From Candidatus Aminicenantes bacterium (GTDB taxonomy: Bacteria > Acidobacteriota > Aminicenantia > Aminicenantales > CAVYOD01): a DNA stretch of 64,000 bases. The stretch covers positions 2,825,509 to 2,889,508 of the forward strand of contig OY969586.1 in the NCBI GenBank assembly GCA_963701305.1, written 5' to 3'. The notes beneath the pieces were generated by a model. The model made no database searches and had not been told where the DNA came from. It saw nothing but the letters and a program-made list of their open reading frames with translations. This document shows, piece after piece, positions 7,441 through 17,830 of the stretch. The translations under genes and the position numbers were made by a program. The stretch's first letter is position 1. Every line of letters starts with the position of its first letter.

Positions 7441-10400
7441 TTATTTTGTCAGGATATTGGAGATCTGTTTCTCCTTGAGCAGATTATTAAAGGCCGAAAT
7501 ATCTTTGGCTACGAGCTCGCTCAGTTTGTTTTCTGCGCCCGCCAACTCTCTCTTCAGTTCTTCATGAACGGCGACCATTTGATCTGTTGGTGGGAAATCG
7601 GCCGAGCCCCCGGCGATGTCCCCGGCCAGGACGGAAAGTTGGCCATAAAGGTTAAGGGGAACCCGGAAAGACTTCTCATCCCCTTCGGCAAGAACATGAT
7701 GAAAATACAAGTCCTCGACAGCCAAAAGTTTGGCATCGAGCTCATCGGCGCCTTTGATGATCTCAGGAGATCCCTTACTCTCTGTCAATAACTCCTTGAG
7801 GTCGGCGATCTGCTTCCTCATCCATTCAATCCGGTTGATCGAATCCACGACGGTGTTCAGATTATCCCTGACTTCGAGCGCCCTTTTAACCTGAGCTTGG
7901 ATATCCGCTTCGCTCCCGGTTGAATTCGGGTCTTTCTTTACGACGACCTTCTGACTCAGTTCCTCGCCTCCCGCTGATAATTTCACAGTGTAAGTTCCTG
8001 GGACGGCCAGAGGTCCTGCGGAGCCTCCCTCGATTCCCCAGGCAACGAGCGGAATCCAGCCCTCGCGGACCGAATCCTTGAACCTCCTCTCTTCCCAAAC
8101 GTGAGGATTTCCGGCCGGCTTAGTCCTGAGCTTAGCCCGGTGCGGGCCTTCGTATCTTAAGTCCCACCAGATCCGGTTGATCCCAGCCTTGGCTGGTCCG
8201 GTCAGGGTCCGGAGCGCCTTTCCGTCTGCATCAGTGACGGTGACCTTGGCCCCATCTTTCGACTCCGATTTGAGATAATAATTGAGCGAGGCTCCATAGG
8301 GAGGATTCGTCCCGGCGCACAGGTCGTTCGGCGCACTCTGAATCCCCGTCACATTTCTAAAGCGGTAGGCCGGCCGCGGCTCGAAGAAGTGGGCCGGAGC
8401 GCTCAAGGCATCGGAGTTAAGTTGCTGTAGCGGCGAAATATCGTCCATAATCCAGAAGCCGCGGCCATAGGTGGCAACGACGAGATCGCCAAAATTCTTC
8501 TGGACGACCATCCAATGGACGGGCGCGTGGGGCATGTTTGTCTGGAGGGGAACCCAGTTTCCGCCGTCGTTCCAGGAAATGTAGAGCCCATTTTCTGTTC
8601 CCGCATAGAGCAATCCTTTTTGCTTCGGGTCCTCGCGGACACAGTGGACATAGCTAAAGACGCTCTTGGGAATTGCCGAGCTGATCAGCTTCCAGGTTTG
8701 CCCATAGTCTTCGGTCTTATAAATGAAGGGATCCCGATTGTTCACTTGATGCAGGTCAAAGGTGACGTAGCAGATTCCGGCATCATACCTCGAAGGCTCG
8801 ATGTTGCTCACCGTTCCCCATTTGGGCAAGCCGAGGATGTTGTTCGTCGTATTGGACCAGTGGGCCCCGCCATCCTTCGTCAGGTGCAGTTGCCCGTCGT
8901 TTGTGCCGGCCCAGATCAGACCGGGGGTGACAGGGGACTCGGCGATCGCAAAAACTAGGCATCCGTATTCGACGCCGAGGTTGTCATAGGTCAGGCCTCC
9001 CGAATCCCCCAGCTTGGCCGGGTCGTTGGTTGACAGGTCGGGGCTTATGACCTCCCAGCTCTGCCCGCCGTTAGTGGTCATGTGGACATATTGGCTCCCG
9101 ACGTAGACCCGGTTGTGGTCGTGAGGGGATATGGCGATCGGGAAGGTCCAGTTGAATCGATACTTCAGAAGGTTGGCCGGCGTTCCCATCGTCGACTTCG
9201 GCCAAACACGCACCGACCGGTTCTGGCGCGTTCTCAGGTCCCAGCGGTCGAGGCCCGCATCATAGCATCCTCCCCAGACGATGTTGGGGTCGACCGGATC
9301 GGGAATGGCGAACCCGCACTCGCACCCGGAAACATACGTCCACAAGCCCGACGGAATCCCGCCTCCCCACCAGCCCATGCCCATGAGGCTGTTGCTCGGG
9401 CCGCGGTAGGATTCGCCATCCTGCCTGTTCCCGTATACAAAATAGGGAATCTGGTTATCGACCTCGACATGGTACATCTGGGCCACAGGCAGCACGACCT
9501 CGGCCCACTCCCGGCCGTGGGTGACTGAAATCCAGAGCCCGATGTCGTTAGCTATGGTTATGCGGTCGGCATTCTTCGGATCGATCCACATGTCGTGGTT
9601 GTCGCCGCCCCAGGGAACGAGCGTGTTCGTCTCGCCACCGTCCAGGGTTAGGCTCATCGAATTCGATGGGAAATAGACCTCGTTTTCGTCGACAGGTGAG
9701 ATGACCAGGCGCGTGTAATAATGGGGACGCTCGTTGAGAAGCCGGCTGGAATTGACCAGCTTCCATTCCTCGCCGCCGTCATCAGACCTCCAGAGCGAAC
9801 CGCGCTGGCCGGTCTCAATCAGCGCGTAGACGCGCCTGGAATTGCTTTGGGCGACGGCCACTGCGATCTTGCCGAGCGGGGAATCCGGCAGGCCGTGTCC
9901 GGTAAGACGTTTCCAGGAGATTCCGCCGTCGCGGGAGACGAAGACTCCGCTTCCCGGCCCTCCGCTCCACCTTCCCCAGGTCTTGATGTCCAACTGCCAC
10001 ATCCCGGCGAAAAGGATTCTCGGATTATTGGGATCGATGGCAATATCTGAGCAGCCTGTGTTCTCATCGACGAAGAGGACCTGCTGCCAGGTCTTTCCTC
10101 CATCGGCGGTCCGGTAGATGCCGCGCTCGTTCTGGGGACCGTAGCCGTGTCCCATCGCGGCCACGAAAACTATGTCCGAGTTAAGAGGGTCGACGAGAAT
10201 TCGTCCCACCCGGCCGCTTTTCTCCAGTCCCATGTGCTTCCACGTTTTTCCGGCGTCTTCGGATTTGTAAACTCCGTTTCCGATTGAGACGTTACTTCGG
10301 ATGAAGGTTTCGCCTGTGCCGGCCCAGATGACGTTCGGATCCGAGGGGGCGATGGCCAGAGAGCCGATGGATTGGGCAGGCTGGTCGTCAAAGACAGGCT

Positions 10401-10683
10401 TCCAGTTGATTCCCCCATCGGTGGATTTCCAGACTCCGCCCGAAGCGGCCCCGGCGTAGTAGACACGAAGATCTCCCGGAACGCCGACGATAGCAATCAT
10501 CCGGTTCCCTTGGGGGCCGATGTGGCGAAACCTGAGTTGGCCAAAATAGGCCGGGTCGATCTCGGGTCCGCCGGACAGGGCGGGGGCCTTTTGTTTTTGT
10601 GGCTGAAAACCACTGAAAAGAAAAACGGCAGCCAAAGCCATAAGCCCAAGTGCGGCTTTCCAGCCGTCCTTATTTATGGACAT
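7441..10683 (-). CDS. Large secreted BNR/sortilin(VPS10)-like beta-propeller protein with a C-terminal helical domain
   Basis: The ORF is 7441..10737. The likely true start is M19 (MSINKDGWKAALGLMALAAVFLFSG signal peptide) with RBS gggaggagg upstream. Many Asp-boxes are present (KSTDGGINW, KSEDAGKTW, RTADGGKTW, VSRDGGISW, RSDDGGEEW, TTNGGQSW, LTKDGGAHW, KTEDYGQTW, SWNDGGNW). The C-terminal roughly 230 aa are predicted coiled and helical. Confidence 0.8.
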   Translation of the reverse strand: MSINKDGWKAALGLMALAAVFLFSGFQPQKQKAPALSGGPEIDPAYFGQLRFRHIGPQGNRMIAIVGVPGDLRVYYAGAASGGVWKSTDGGINWKPVFDDQPAQSIGSLAIAPSDPNVIWAGTGETFIRSNVSIGNGVYKSEDAGKTWKHMGLEKSGRVGRILVDPLNSDIVFVAAMGHGYGPQNERGIYRTADGGKTWQQVLFVDENTGCSDIAIDPNNPRILFAGMWQLDIKTWGRWSGGPGSGVFVSRDGGISWKRLTGHGLPDSPLGKIAVAVAQSNSRRVYALIETGQRGSLWRSDDGGEEWKLVNSSRLLNERPHYYTRLVISPVDENEVYFPSNSMSLTLDGGETNTLVPWGGDNHDMWIDPKNADRITIANDIGLWISVTHGREWAEVVLPVAQMYHVEVDNQIPYFVYGNRQDGESYRGPSNSLMGMGWWGGGIPSGLWTYVSGCECGFAIPDPVDPNIVWGGCYDAGLDRWDLRTRQNRSVRVWPKSTMGTPANLLKYRFNWTFPIAISPHDHNRVYVGSQYVHMTTNGGQSWEVISPDLSTNDPAKLGDSGGLTYDNLGVEYGCLVFAIAESPVTPGLIWAGTNDGQLHLTKDGGAHWSNTTNNILGLPKWGTVSNIEPSRYDAGICYVTFDLHQVNNRDPFIYKTEDYGQTWKLISSAIPKSVFSYVHCVREDPKQKGLLYAGTENGLYISWNDGGNWVPLQTNMPHAPVHWMVVQKNFGDLVVATYGRGFWIMDDISPLQQLNSDALSAPAHFFEPRPAYRFRNVTGIQSAPNDLCAGTNPPYGASLNYYLKSESKDGAKVTVTDADGKALRTLTGPAKAGINRIWWDLRYEGPHRAKLRTKPAGNPHVWEERRFKDSVREGWIPLVAWGIEGGSAGPLAVPGTYTVKLSAGGEELSQKVVVKKDPNSTGSEADIQAQVKRALEVRDNLNTVVDSINRIEWMRKQIADLKELLTESKGSPEIIKGADELDAKLLAVEDLYFHHVLAEGDEKSFRVPLNLYGQLSVLAGDIAGGSADFPPTDQMVAVHEELKRELAGAENKLSELVAKDISAFNNLLKEKQISNILTK

Positions 10684-11016
10684 TCTCGCGCCTCCTCCCG
10701 ATTTTATAACCGCCTGGATTTGACAATCTTCTCTCATTCAATCTTGTGATGTCAAATCCAGAGGAACGGGGGACGGACCGACGATTTGCTCGGGCTGATC
10801 TCCGCCTCATGATCGCTACAGCCCTTCTCAAAGCCCATCCTCCACCATCACATGATTGGAAACGCTTCACTCGTAAATTCACTTGTTTGGTGCTCTTGAA
10901 TGATACGTGGTAAAATAAAATAGGGTTGTCAGAGGACGAGATGGGTTGACCCCAAAGCTGATTCAGGGACAAAGCTTACGTCCAATTTTGGATCGGCATA
11001 GAAGGGAGAAAGCAAT

Positions 11017-12453
11017 ATGATTACGACAAAAAATATCGTCAAGGGATCAGCGGCCATCTTATTGGACAAAGTCCTGGCGAATGACGGACTGAGGCATCTG
11101 GCAGTGCAATTTGCGGAGAAAGAATCCTACAAGAGTTCTATGGAAGATGCCTATCCACCTCCTATCAAGCGGGCGGAATTCATCGGGAAGAGGAACCTCA
11201 TCTATTCCATTGACAAGGCCCTGGGAAAAGGAATGATCTCCCCCAACGTCAGAAAAAGGATATTGAAGAACCTGGTCGGGCGGGTGATGATGCCCGACTC
11301 CAATGCCAAAGCGACTTTTTTTGAGAAATACGGCATTCAACCGCCTGGTTTTGTCACCATCAGTCCCACCTCTCAGTGCAACCTTTTCTGCGAAGGCTGC
11401 TATGCCAACAGTTCGACCCGGGAAAAAGCTCATCTCGACTTCGATGTCTTCTCGCGAATCCTGGAAGAAAAGGAAAAATTTTGGGGAAGTTATTTTACGG
11501 TGATCTCGGGTGGAGAGCCCCTGATGTGGCGGAGTTCCGGGAAGAGCCTTTTTGACTTGCTCCGAAAATTCCAGAATCAGTACTTCATGATGTACACCAA
11601 TGGGACTCTCATCGGAAAAAATACAGCCGAAGAAATCGCCGAAATCGGAAACCTGACCCCGGCCATTTCTGTCGAAGGCTTTGAAGAGGAAACGGACGCA
11701 AGGAGAGGGAAGGGTACTTTTCATAAGATCATGGATGCCTTTGAGAATCTGCGCCGGGTCGGCGTGCCCTTCGGAGTCTCGTTGACCCTGACCCGCCACA
11801 ACGTGGAAACCGCGCTGAGCGATAAATTCGTAGATTTTATGTTTGAGCAGCAGGGGGCGATCTACGGCTGGTTTTTCCATTATATGCCCATCGGCAGGCA
11901 GTATACGCTCGATCTCCTGATCACGCCCGAACAGAGGCTGGAGGCCTATAAGCGGCAACTGCATTTTATAGAAGACAAAAAGCTTTTCTTCGTCGATTTC
12001 TGGAACGGCGGGCCGATGACCCAAGGATGCTTGTCCGCGGGAAGAAGGGGTGGGTACTTCTATATTAATTGGAACGGGGATGTGACGCCTTGTGTATTCT
12101 TCCCCTACTCAACCCATAATATCTATAAGGTCTTTGAGGGCGGTGGCGATATCAACACGGTTTTATCATCCGGACTGTTTCAGGACATCCGGCAGTGGCA
12201 GAAGGACTACGGATATTCAGAAGACCCTTCGAAGGTCGACGAAAAAATCGGGAACTGGCTGAGACCCTGTCCGATTCGGGACCATTACCGGGTCGCCTAC
12301 GACCTCATTCAAAAACATAAGGCGGAGCCGATCGACCCACCCGCGGAAGAGGCCCTCGAGGACGAAACCTACAGGAGCCTGCTCGAAGAGTACGGGCGCA
12401 AGGTCGGAGAGTTGACTCAAGAGGAGTGGGAAAGAAAGTACATCAAAGGCTGA
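11017..12453 (+). CDS. Radical SAM enzyme with an N-terminal extension of about 120 aa and a partial SPASM/twitch-like C-terminal Cys region
   Basis: CNLFCEGC (Cx3Cx2C) lies at about residue 121. VISGGEPLMW is the SAM-binding GGEP motif. Downstream cysteines are GCLSAGRRGGYFYINWNGDVTPCVFFP and RPCPIRDH, giving six Cys in total. Confidence 0.8.
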   Translation: MITTKNIVKGSAAILLDKVLANDGLRHLAVQFAEKESYKSSMEDAYPPPIKRAEFIGKRNLIYSIDKALGKGMISPNVRKRILKNLVGRVMMPDSNAKATFFEKYGIQPPGFVTISPTSQCNLFCEGCYANSSTREKAHLDFDVFSRILEEKEKFWGSYFTVISGGEPLMWRSSGKSLFDLLRKFQNQYFMMYTNGTLIGKNTAEEIAEIGNLTPAISVEGFEEETDARRGKGTFHKIMDAFENLRRVGVPFGVSLTLTRHNVETALSDKFVDFMFEQQGAIYGWFFHYMPIGRQYTLDLLITPEQRLEAYKRQLHFIEDKKLFFVDFWNGGPMTQGCLSAGRRGGYFYINWNGDVTPCVFFPYSTHNIYKVFEGGGDINTVLSSGLFQDIRQWQKDYGYSEDPSKVDEKIGNWLRPCPIRDHYRVAYDLIQKHKAEPIDPPAEEALEDETYRSLLEEYGRKVGELTQEEWERKYIKG

Positions 12454-12525
12454 TTCGGACCGCGGTCCAAGTCAGGTTAGGCCAGGCCGGTATCTCCGGA
12501 CCTGCCGATTCCGAACCTTTTCCGT

Positions 12526-12554
12526 TTGACTCGACTTTTTGACTGGTTTAAAAT
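12526..12554 (+). promoter_or_regulatory. Candidate sigma70-type promoter TTGACT-17-TAAAAT upstream of dnaK
   Basis: The -35 element ttgact, a 17-nt spacer and the -10 element taaaat were read from the sequence. I saw no CIRCE element. Confidence 0.3.
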
Positions 12555-12731
12555 ACTCTACAAAGGGTCCCGTTTGAACGGCCCGGATAGAAATGTTTAA
12601 AGCGCAGGATGGCAGGTCACGGGAGCGGGTTGCCCTCGGTTAGGTTCTGAAAGAAAGTAATTTTAAAGAGGTCAGATGAGGAATCGTCAATCCAAGCTTC
12701 GTCGAAGCATGATCTAAAAAAGGAGGCAGCT

Positions 12732-14651
12732 ATGGCAAAAGCAATCGGTATCGACCTTGGGACTTCTAACTCCGCCGCGGCCGTTATGCAGGGCGAGAAG
12801 CCTGTTATCATTCCTTCCGCTGAGGGGGCGGGAGTTGCTTCGGGAAAGGCCTTCCCCTCATATGTTGCCTTCACCAAGGACGGGCAGCGTCTCGTCGGCG
12901 AGCCGGCCAGGCGTCAGGCGGCTATCAATCCGGAAGGGACGATCATGGCCGCCAAGAGGAAGATGGGCACTGACTTCAAATTCCAGGTGTTCGGCAAGGA
13001 TTATACTCCCCAGCAGATTTCGTCTTTTATCCTGCAAAAAATAAAACAGGACTCCGAGAGCTACCTTGGAGATAAGGTCGAGGAAGCCGTCATCACCTGC
13101 CCGGCGTACTTCGATGACAACCAGAGGACCGCGACCAAGGATGCCGGCGAGATCGCGGGGCTAAAGGTCTTGAGGATCATCAACGAGCCGACAGCGGCCT
13201 GCCTGGCCTACGGGCTGGACAAGGCGGGCAAGGAACTCAAGATCCTCGTGTTTGATTTCGGAGGCGGAACACTCGATGTGACCGTCATGGAGATGTGGAA
13301 AGAAGGAGGCTTCCGGGTCAAAGCGACGAGCGGCGACACTCAGCTCGGCGGCACGGACATGGACAATGTCCTGGTCGATTTTATCGTTAATCAATTCAAG
13401 ATGGAGACGGGGATCGACCTCAAGAATGATCGTATGGCCATGCAGCGCCTTCGCGAAGCCGCCGAAAAGGCCAAGGTGGAACTCTCGAGCACCCTGTCGA
13501 CGGACCTCAATCTGCCCTTTATTACGGCCGATGCCTCCGGCCCAAAGCACCTGACGATGTCGATCAACCGTGCCAAGCTCGATTCTCTGGTCAATCCGAT
13601 CATCGAACGCTGCCGCGGGCCTCTGGAAAGAGCCGTCCAGGATGCCAAAGACGCGTTCGCCAAAGAGAGTGTCGAGTTCAGCACCAAGGACATCGATAAA
13701 ATCATCATGGTCGGCGGTCCGACCCGGATGCCGATCGTCCAAAAATTCGTCGAGGACTATTTCGGCAAAAAGATAGAGCGGGGAATCGACCCGATGGAGT
13801 GTGTGGCCCTGGGAGCCGCCATCCAGGCCGCCATTATCAAGGGAGAGGTCAAGGATGTATTGCTCTTGGATGTCACACCGCTCTCGCTGGGCATTGAGAC
13901 ACTGGGCGGCGTCAACAGCGTTCTGATCGAGCGGAACACCACCATTCCGACCAGGAAGTCCCAGATTTACTCGACCGCAGAAGATACCCAGACCGCGGTG
14001 ACGATCCGGGTTCTCCAGGGCGAAAGAGCCATGGCCGGTGATAACGTGGAGTTGGGGAGATTTGACTTGGTGGGAATACCTCCCGCTCCGCGGGGCGTTC
14101 CTCAGATCGAAGTGACCTTTGATATCGACGCCAACGGAATCGTCCACGTATCGGCCAAGGACCTGGGCACCGGAAGAGAGCAATCCATCCGCATCACGGC
14201 GCCGCGGAAACTGGCCAAGGATGAGATCGACAAGATGGTCAAGGACGCCAAGCAGTTCGCCGCGGAGGACGCCAAGAAAAAGGAACAGGCCGAGCTTGTC
14301 AACCAGGCTGACACCCTGGCCTACGCTACCGAAAAATCACTCAAGGAGTATGGGGAGAAGGTCAGCCAGAACGAGCGGGCCGAGATCGAAGCTAAGTTGA
14401 ATAACCTCAGGACAGCGATAAAAGACAAAAACATGGACGGCATCAAGAGAGGCATAGATGAGGTGACGAAAGCCTCCCACAAGCTGGCCGAAGAGGTTTA
14501 CAAGCAGGCTGCCTCGAAGGGCCAGCCCGGCGGGGGAGGCGCCGGCCCCGCGGGAGGCGGCGCAGGCGAGACAGGACAAGAAAAACCGAAGCCGAATGAG
14601 GATGAGGTGATCGACGCCCAGTTCGAAGAGGAGGATGACAAGAAGTCCTAA
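12732..14651 (+). CDS. dnaK: Hsp70 chaperone DnaK (divergent paralog)
   Basis: [37 protein letters not shown], the substrate-binding domain and a C-terminal [13 protein letters not shown]...EEDDKKS tail are all present. There is an RBS aaaggagg. Several motifs deviate from canonical DnaK (DFGGGTLD instead of DLGGGTFD, and an insertion [16 protein letters not shown]). Confidence 0.9.
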   Translation: MAKAIGIDLGTSNSAAAVMQGEKPVIIPSAEGAGVASGKAFPSYVAFTKDGQRLVGEPARRQAAINPEGTIMAAKRKMGTDFKFQVFGKDYTPQQISSFILQKIKQDSESYLGDKVEEAVITCPAYFDDNQRTATKDAGEIAGLKVLRIINEPTAACLAYGLDKAGKELKILVFDFGGGTLDVTVMEMWKEGGFRVKATSGDTQLGGTDMDNVLVDFIVNQFKMETGIDLKNDRMAMQRLREAAEKAKVELSSTLSTDLNLPFITADASGPKHLTMSINRAKLDSLVNPIIERCRGPLERAVQDAKDAFAKESVEFSTKDIDKIIMVGGPTRMPIVQKFVEDYFGKKIERGIDPMECVALGAAIQAAIIKGEVKDVLLLDVTPLSLGIETLGGVNSVLIERNTTIPTRKSQIYSTAEDTQTAVTIRVLQGERAMAGDNVELGRFDLVGIPPAPRGVPQIEVTFDIDANGIVHVSAKDLGTGREQSIRITAPRKLAKDEIDKMVKDAKQFAAEDAKKKEQAELVNQADTLAYATEKSLKEYGEKVSQNERAEIEAKLNNLRTAIKDKNMDGIKRGIDEVTKASHKLAEEVYKQAASKGQPGGGGAGPAGGGAGETGQEKPKPNEDEVIDAQFEEEDDKKS

Positions 14652-15800
14652 ATGCCGGCCAAGCGCGATTACTACGAAGTCCTGGGCGTTCAAAAGAACG
14701 CCTCTCTCGACGAGATCAAAAAAGCTTTCAGGGAATTGGCCCTAAAGCACCACCCTGACAGAGTCCCGGCCGAACAAAAGAAGGAGGCGGAGGAGAAATT
14801 CAAGGAGATCTCTGAAGCCTACGCCGTTCTGTCGGATTCAAAGAAACGCACCCTGTATGACCGGTACGGGCACTCCGGCATAGACCAGAAATACGCCCAG
14901 GAAGATATCTTCAAGGGAGCAGACTTCGGCAGCATCTTCGAGGGCATGTCCGACTCCGGGTTCGGGGGAGGTTTTTTTGACCAGCTCTTTGGCGACCTGG
15001 GTCTGGACATCTTCGGGACCAGGTCAAGAGGCCGGAGTCGGAAAGGCAGAGATCTTGAAATCACGGTGGACATAAGTTTGGAGGAGGCGGCCAAAGGAAC
15101 GGAGAAAGTCATTTCCGTTCCGAGATACGAAGTCTGCCCCACCTGCAGAGGGAGCGGCGCGAAGCCGGGCACGAAAAAGACAACCTGCCCCGTCTGCAAA
15201 GGAACGGGTCAGGTCGTGAGTTCCCGCGGTTACATGAGGCTGGCTCAACCCTGTCCGAGGTGCCACGGCGCGGGCAGCGTCATCGAGAGTCCCTGCCCGA
15301 CATGCCAAGGGCAGGGGAGGGTTCAAGTCACCGGGCGCATCAAAGTCAAGATCCCGGCCGGTGTTGATACCGGCTCGCGTTTAAAGATGAGGGGCGAGGG
15401 AGAGGTCGGGACCGGCGGAAAGGGAGACCTCTATGTCTTAATCGAAGTGAGACCGCACCCGATCTTTCAGAGGCAGGAAAACGTCATCTTGACCGAAATC
15501 TCGATCGGCTTGGCCAAGGCCATCTTGGGCGGCGAAGTGGAAGTCCAGACTCTTCATGGAAAAGTGAGGATGAAGATCCCACCCGGCACCCAGAGCAACA
15601 GCATCTTCCGTCTGAAGGGAAAGGGAATCCTTGGACTCCACGGCGGTCCCCCGGGAGATGAATTGGTCAAAGTCAACGTCCAGATACCGACCAGGCTGAC
15701 CGCCGACCAGTGCCGCATTATCGAAGAGTACGCCAGGGCTTCCGGAGAGGAAATCGGGGAAACGGGCTCGCCGGGCAGGCGAAAAAAGGGTAATTATTAG
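14652..15800 (+). CDS. dnaJ: Type I DnaJ co-chaperone (J domain, G/F region, four CxxCxGxG zinc-finger repeats, C-terminal domain)
   Basis: [32 protein letters not shown] is the J domain. [24 protein letters not shown] and CPTCQGQG are the zinc repeats. The start abuts the dnaK stop. Confidence 0.9.
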   Translation: MPAKRDYYEVLGVQKNASLDEIKKAFRELALKHHPDRVPAEQKKEAEEKFKEISEAYAVLSDSKKRTLYDRYGHSGIDQKYAQEDIFKGADFGSIFEGMSDSGFGGGFFDQLFGDLGLDIFGTRSRGRSRKGRDLEITVDISLEEAAKGTEKVISVPRYEVCPTCRGSGAKPGTKKTTCPVCKGTGQVVSSRGYMRLAQPCPRCHGAGSVIESPCPTCQGQGRVQVTGRIKVKIPAGVDTGSRLKMRGEGEVGTGGKGDLYVLIEVRPHPIFQRQENVILTEISIGLAKAILGGEVEVQTLHGKVRMKIPPGTQSNSIFRLKGKGILGLHGGPPGDELVKVNVQIPTRLTADQCRIIEEYARASGEEIGETGSPGRRKKGNY

Positions 15801-15874
15801 ACCCGATCAACCGGGAAAGAACCTAGCCCTTGCAGCTTCGTCCGGCTGCATCGGACGAAAGACTCAGCTGGAAA

Positions 15875-16757
15875 TCATCGAGTCGAAAAGCGATACATAA
15901 ATATGGTATGGCGATTCCCCGTCTGATCGTTCATTGTGGCAGAATCTGTCTCCCGGTCCTCCCAGCCCGGGATCGTGTAATTATGGCTGACGACGCGCGC
16001 CCCGGACTTCAGCTGTTTCTCGAACAGGGGCCTGAGCAGGGCGTTGGATTCTGGAAGGAGATAAATGGTGACGACGGTGGCGGCGGAGAAATCCGTCTTC
16101 ATGGCGTCCTCGACCTTAAACGTTACTAGATTTTTGACACCCGCTTGCTTCGGCTGCTGTTTCCGCCTCTCGAATTCTGGCCGGATCAATGTCTATTCCC
16201 ACGCCCCAGGCCCGGTATTTTCTTGCGGCCAGAATCACGATCCGGCCGTCCCCGCATCCGAGGTCGTAGACCTGATCCGAGCTGTTGACATGCGCCATCT
16301 CCAGCATTTTTTCCGCGACCTCGATCGGGGTGGGGACGTAGGGGGCCAGGTCATCGGCATCCTCCCGCATGTGAGAGCCCAGGTAGAGATGGATGAGATT
16401 ATTCTCGTCGTACCGGAAGCAATAAGCCTTTCCGGGGCTCAGCTTTTCTATGACCTCGCTTCCGGATCGCTGGTAGGAAACCAAATATTCCCGCCGCGCG
16501 GCGAATCTGTCGATTCCCCCCGTCCTCAGACGCCTCTTTTCCGAAGTGCCGAGCGAGCCCAACGGTTTGACTTCATAAACGACCTCGTGCTCGGTGATAT
16601 TGCGAACGAGGATCTCCTCTCCCGGAGCGGCGATGGCCGAGGGGACGGCCTGAGAAACCGAGGGCACTTCCTCACGGCCGCTTCGAGTGATGATGATGGC
16701 CGTGACGCCCAAAAGGACAAAGAGACAGATTGACGCGATCTCGATCTTACGTTTCAT
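15875..16757 (-). pseudogene. Class I SAM-dependent methyltransferase with a signal peptide, split by a 1-nt frameshift in a G/C triplet near 16140-16142
   Basis: ORF 16116..16757 ends ...VYDLGCGDGRIVILAARKY...DPARIREAETAAEASGCQKSSNV*. ORF 15875..16189 continues in another frame with AGVKNLVTFKVED...ATVVTIYLLPE...LKSGARVVSHNY. Together they read as one methyltransferase, so either a real frameshift or a sequencing error is present. Confidence 0.6.
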
Positions 16758-17580
16758 GATGGTGCTTTTGAGTCGCGTTTGTTCGTAACGGGCTGATCAT
16801 CAAAACCGCAGCCCCACGCTGAAACCGCCCGGATAGACACTGAAAAGCCACTGACGGGCCGGCTGCTCTTGGACATAGATTCGCTTGTTTCCCCAGATAC
16901 TTGATTTCATAATTGTCTAGATCTCGGATTGCCCGACGCGGCTGAGTGAAGATATTGAGGAGAGAGACGGTCTCGTTGGTGGCAAATGTGACCAGCCCGT
17001 CGGTCCAGCGCCTGTGGAAGGCGAGAGATGTCACGAGCCCGGCCGCGGCGTTCGCGCCGAGATTCAGGGCATGGCTCTTCCAGCCCCGGCCTTCCTTCTC
17101 CCGCCGTGCGCACTGGCGGAGGAGTTCTTCGGCCTTTTCAAGCTTGACCCTCCGCTCCTCGGGAGTGCCCTCAGGAAGGGGCCGCAGTTTGTTGGCGGCA
17201 TAGGCCGGAGAAAAGGGAGTGATCAACAAATTTCCTGCTCCCAGAGCACAGGTGACCCCACCCACGAGCATGTCCTGGGCAAAAGCTCGGTCTCGGACCC
17301 GGCGAGGGACCGGAGTGCTCTTGTCCAACTTGACATCATTCCAATGAGCTCCCGCCAGGCTAAGCTGCACGACCGCTCCGGCTGAATAGCCTGCGATCCA
17401 GCCATACCACCAGGTTTTTGCCCGGGACTGGGCAGACTGTAAGGCGTTCTCCACGTAGCCGAGACGCTCCTTCACCTGCTCGTCAGGGATCGTGGCTACA
17501 CTTTGCGCGTAAGTTCTTACGAACGAGGTCAAAAGAAGAAGGGACGCCAGAAAAGAACAATGCCTGAAGCTATGAATCAT
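16747..17580 (-). CDS. Hypothetical secreted or periplasmic protein
   Basis: This is ORF 16747..17691 with the probable start at the internal Met (MIHSFRHCSFLASLLLLTSFVRTYAQS signal peptide). I found no recognisable domain. Confidence 0.4.
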   Translation of the reverse strand: MIHSFRHCSFLASLLLLTSFVRTYAQSVATIPDEQVKERLGYVENALQSAQSRAKTWWYGWIAGYSAGAVVQLSLAGAHWNDVKLDKSTPVPRRVRDRAFAQDMLVGGVTCALGAGNLLITPFSPAYAANKLRPLPEGTPEERRVKLEKAEELLRQCARREKEGRGWKSHALNLGANAAAGLVTSLAFHRRWTDGLVTFATNETVSLLNIFTQPRRAIRDLDNYEIKYLGKQANLCPRAAGPSVAFQCLSGRFQRGAAVLMISPLRTNATQKHHHET

Positions 17581-17830
17581 GCGAATCCCCTTATTGAATT
17601 TGAAGTTTTCGGTGCGCCCATGTTCTCGCCGGCCGCCGAAAATAGCCGAAAGCGACAAAAAAAATATATGGGAGCGTGGAGTCGATGTCAAGAACGAAAA
17701 AATATGGCGGCTCCAGGATCACTCCATAATCTTTGACAGCCGAGGAGTATTTTGTTATTTATTTTTTTCCCTTGATCAGAAAGACGGGGGAAGCGGCTGG
17801 TCACAGCAGCTTGGCCACGAGGAGGAAAAG

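Noticed and set aside
10738-11016. Searched for a RiPP precursor or promoter upstream of the radical SAM gene (for example the 34-aa MIATALLKAHPPPSHDWKRF... ORF, and TTGAAT with no properly spaced -10)
   Set aside because: It has no RBS, no Cys/Ser/Thr-rich core and no leader-like motif. The promoter spacing is poor. There is no evidence for a precursor.
13161-14183. 340-aa minus-strand ORF inside dnaK
   Set aside because: It is antisense to a highly conserved Hsp70 coding frame. Its composition is Arg/Gly/Asp-rich and typical of GC-rich out-of-frame translation.
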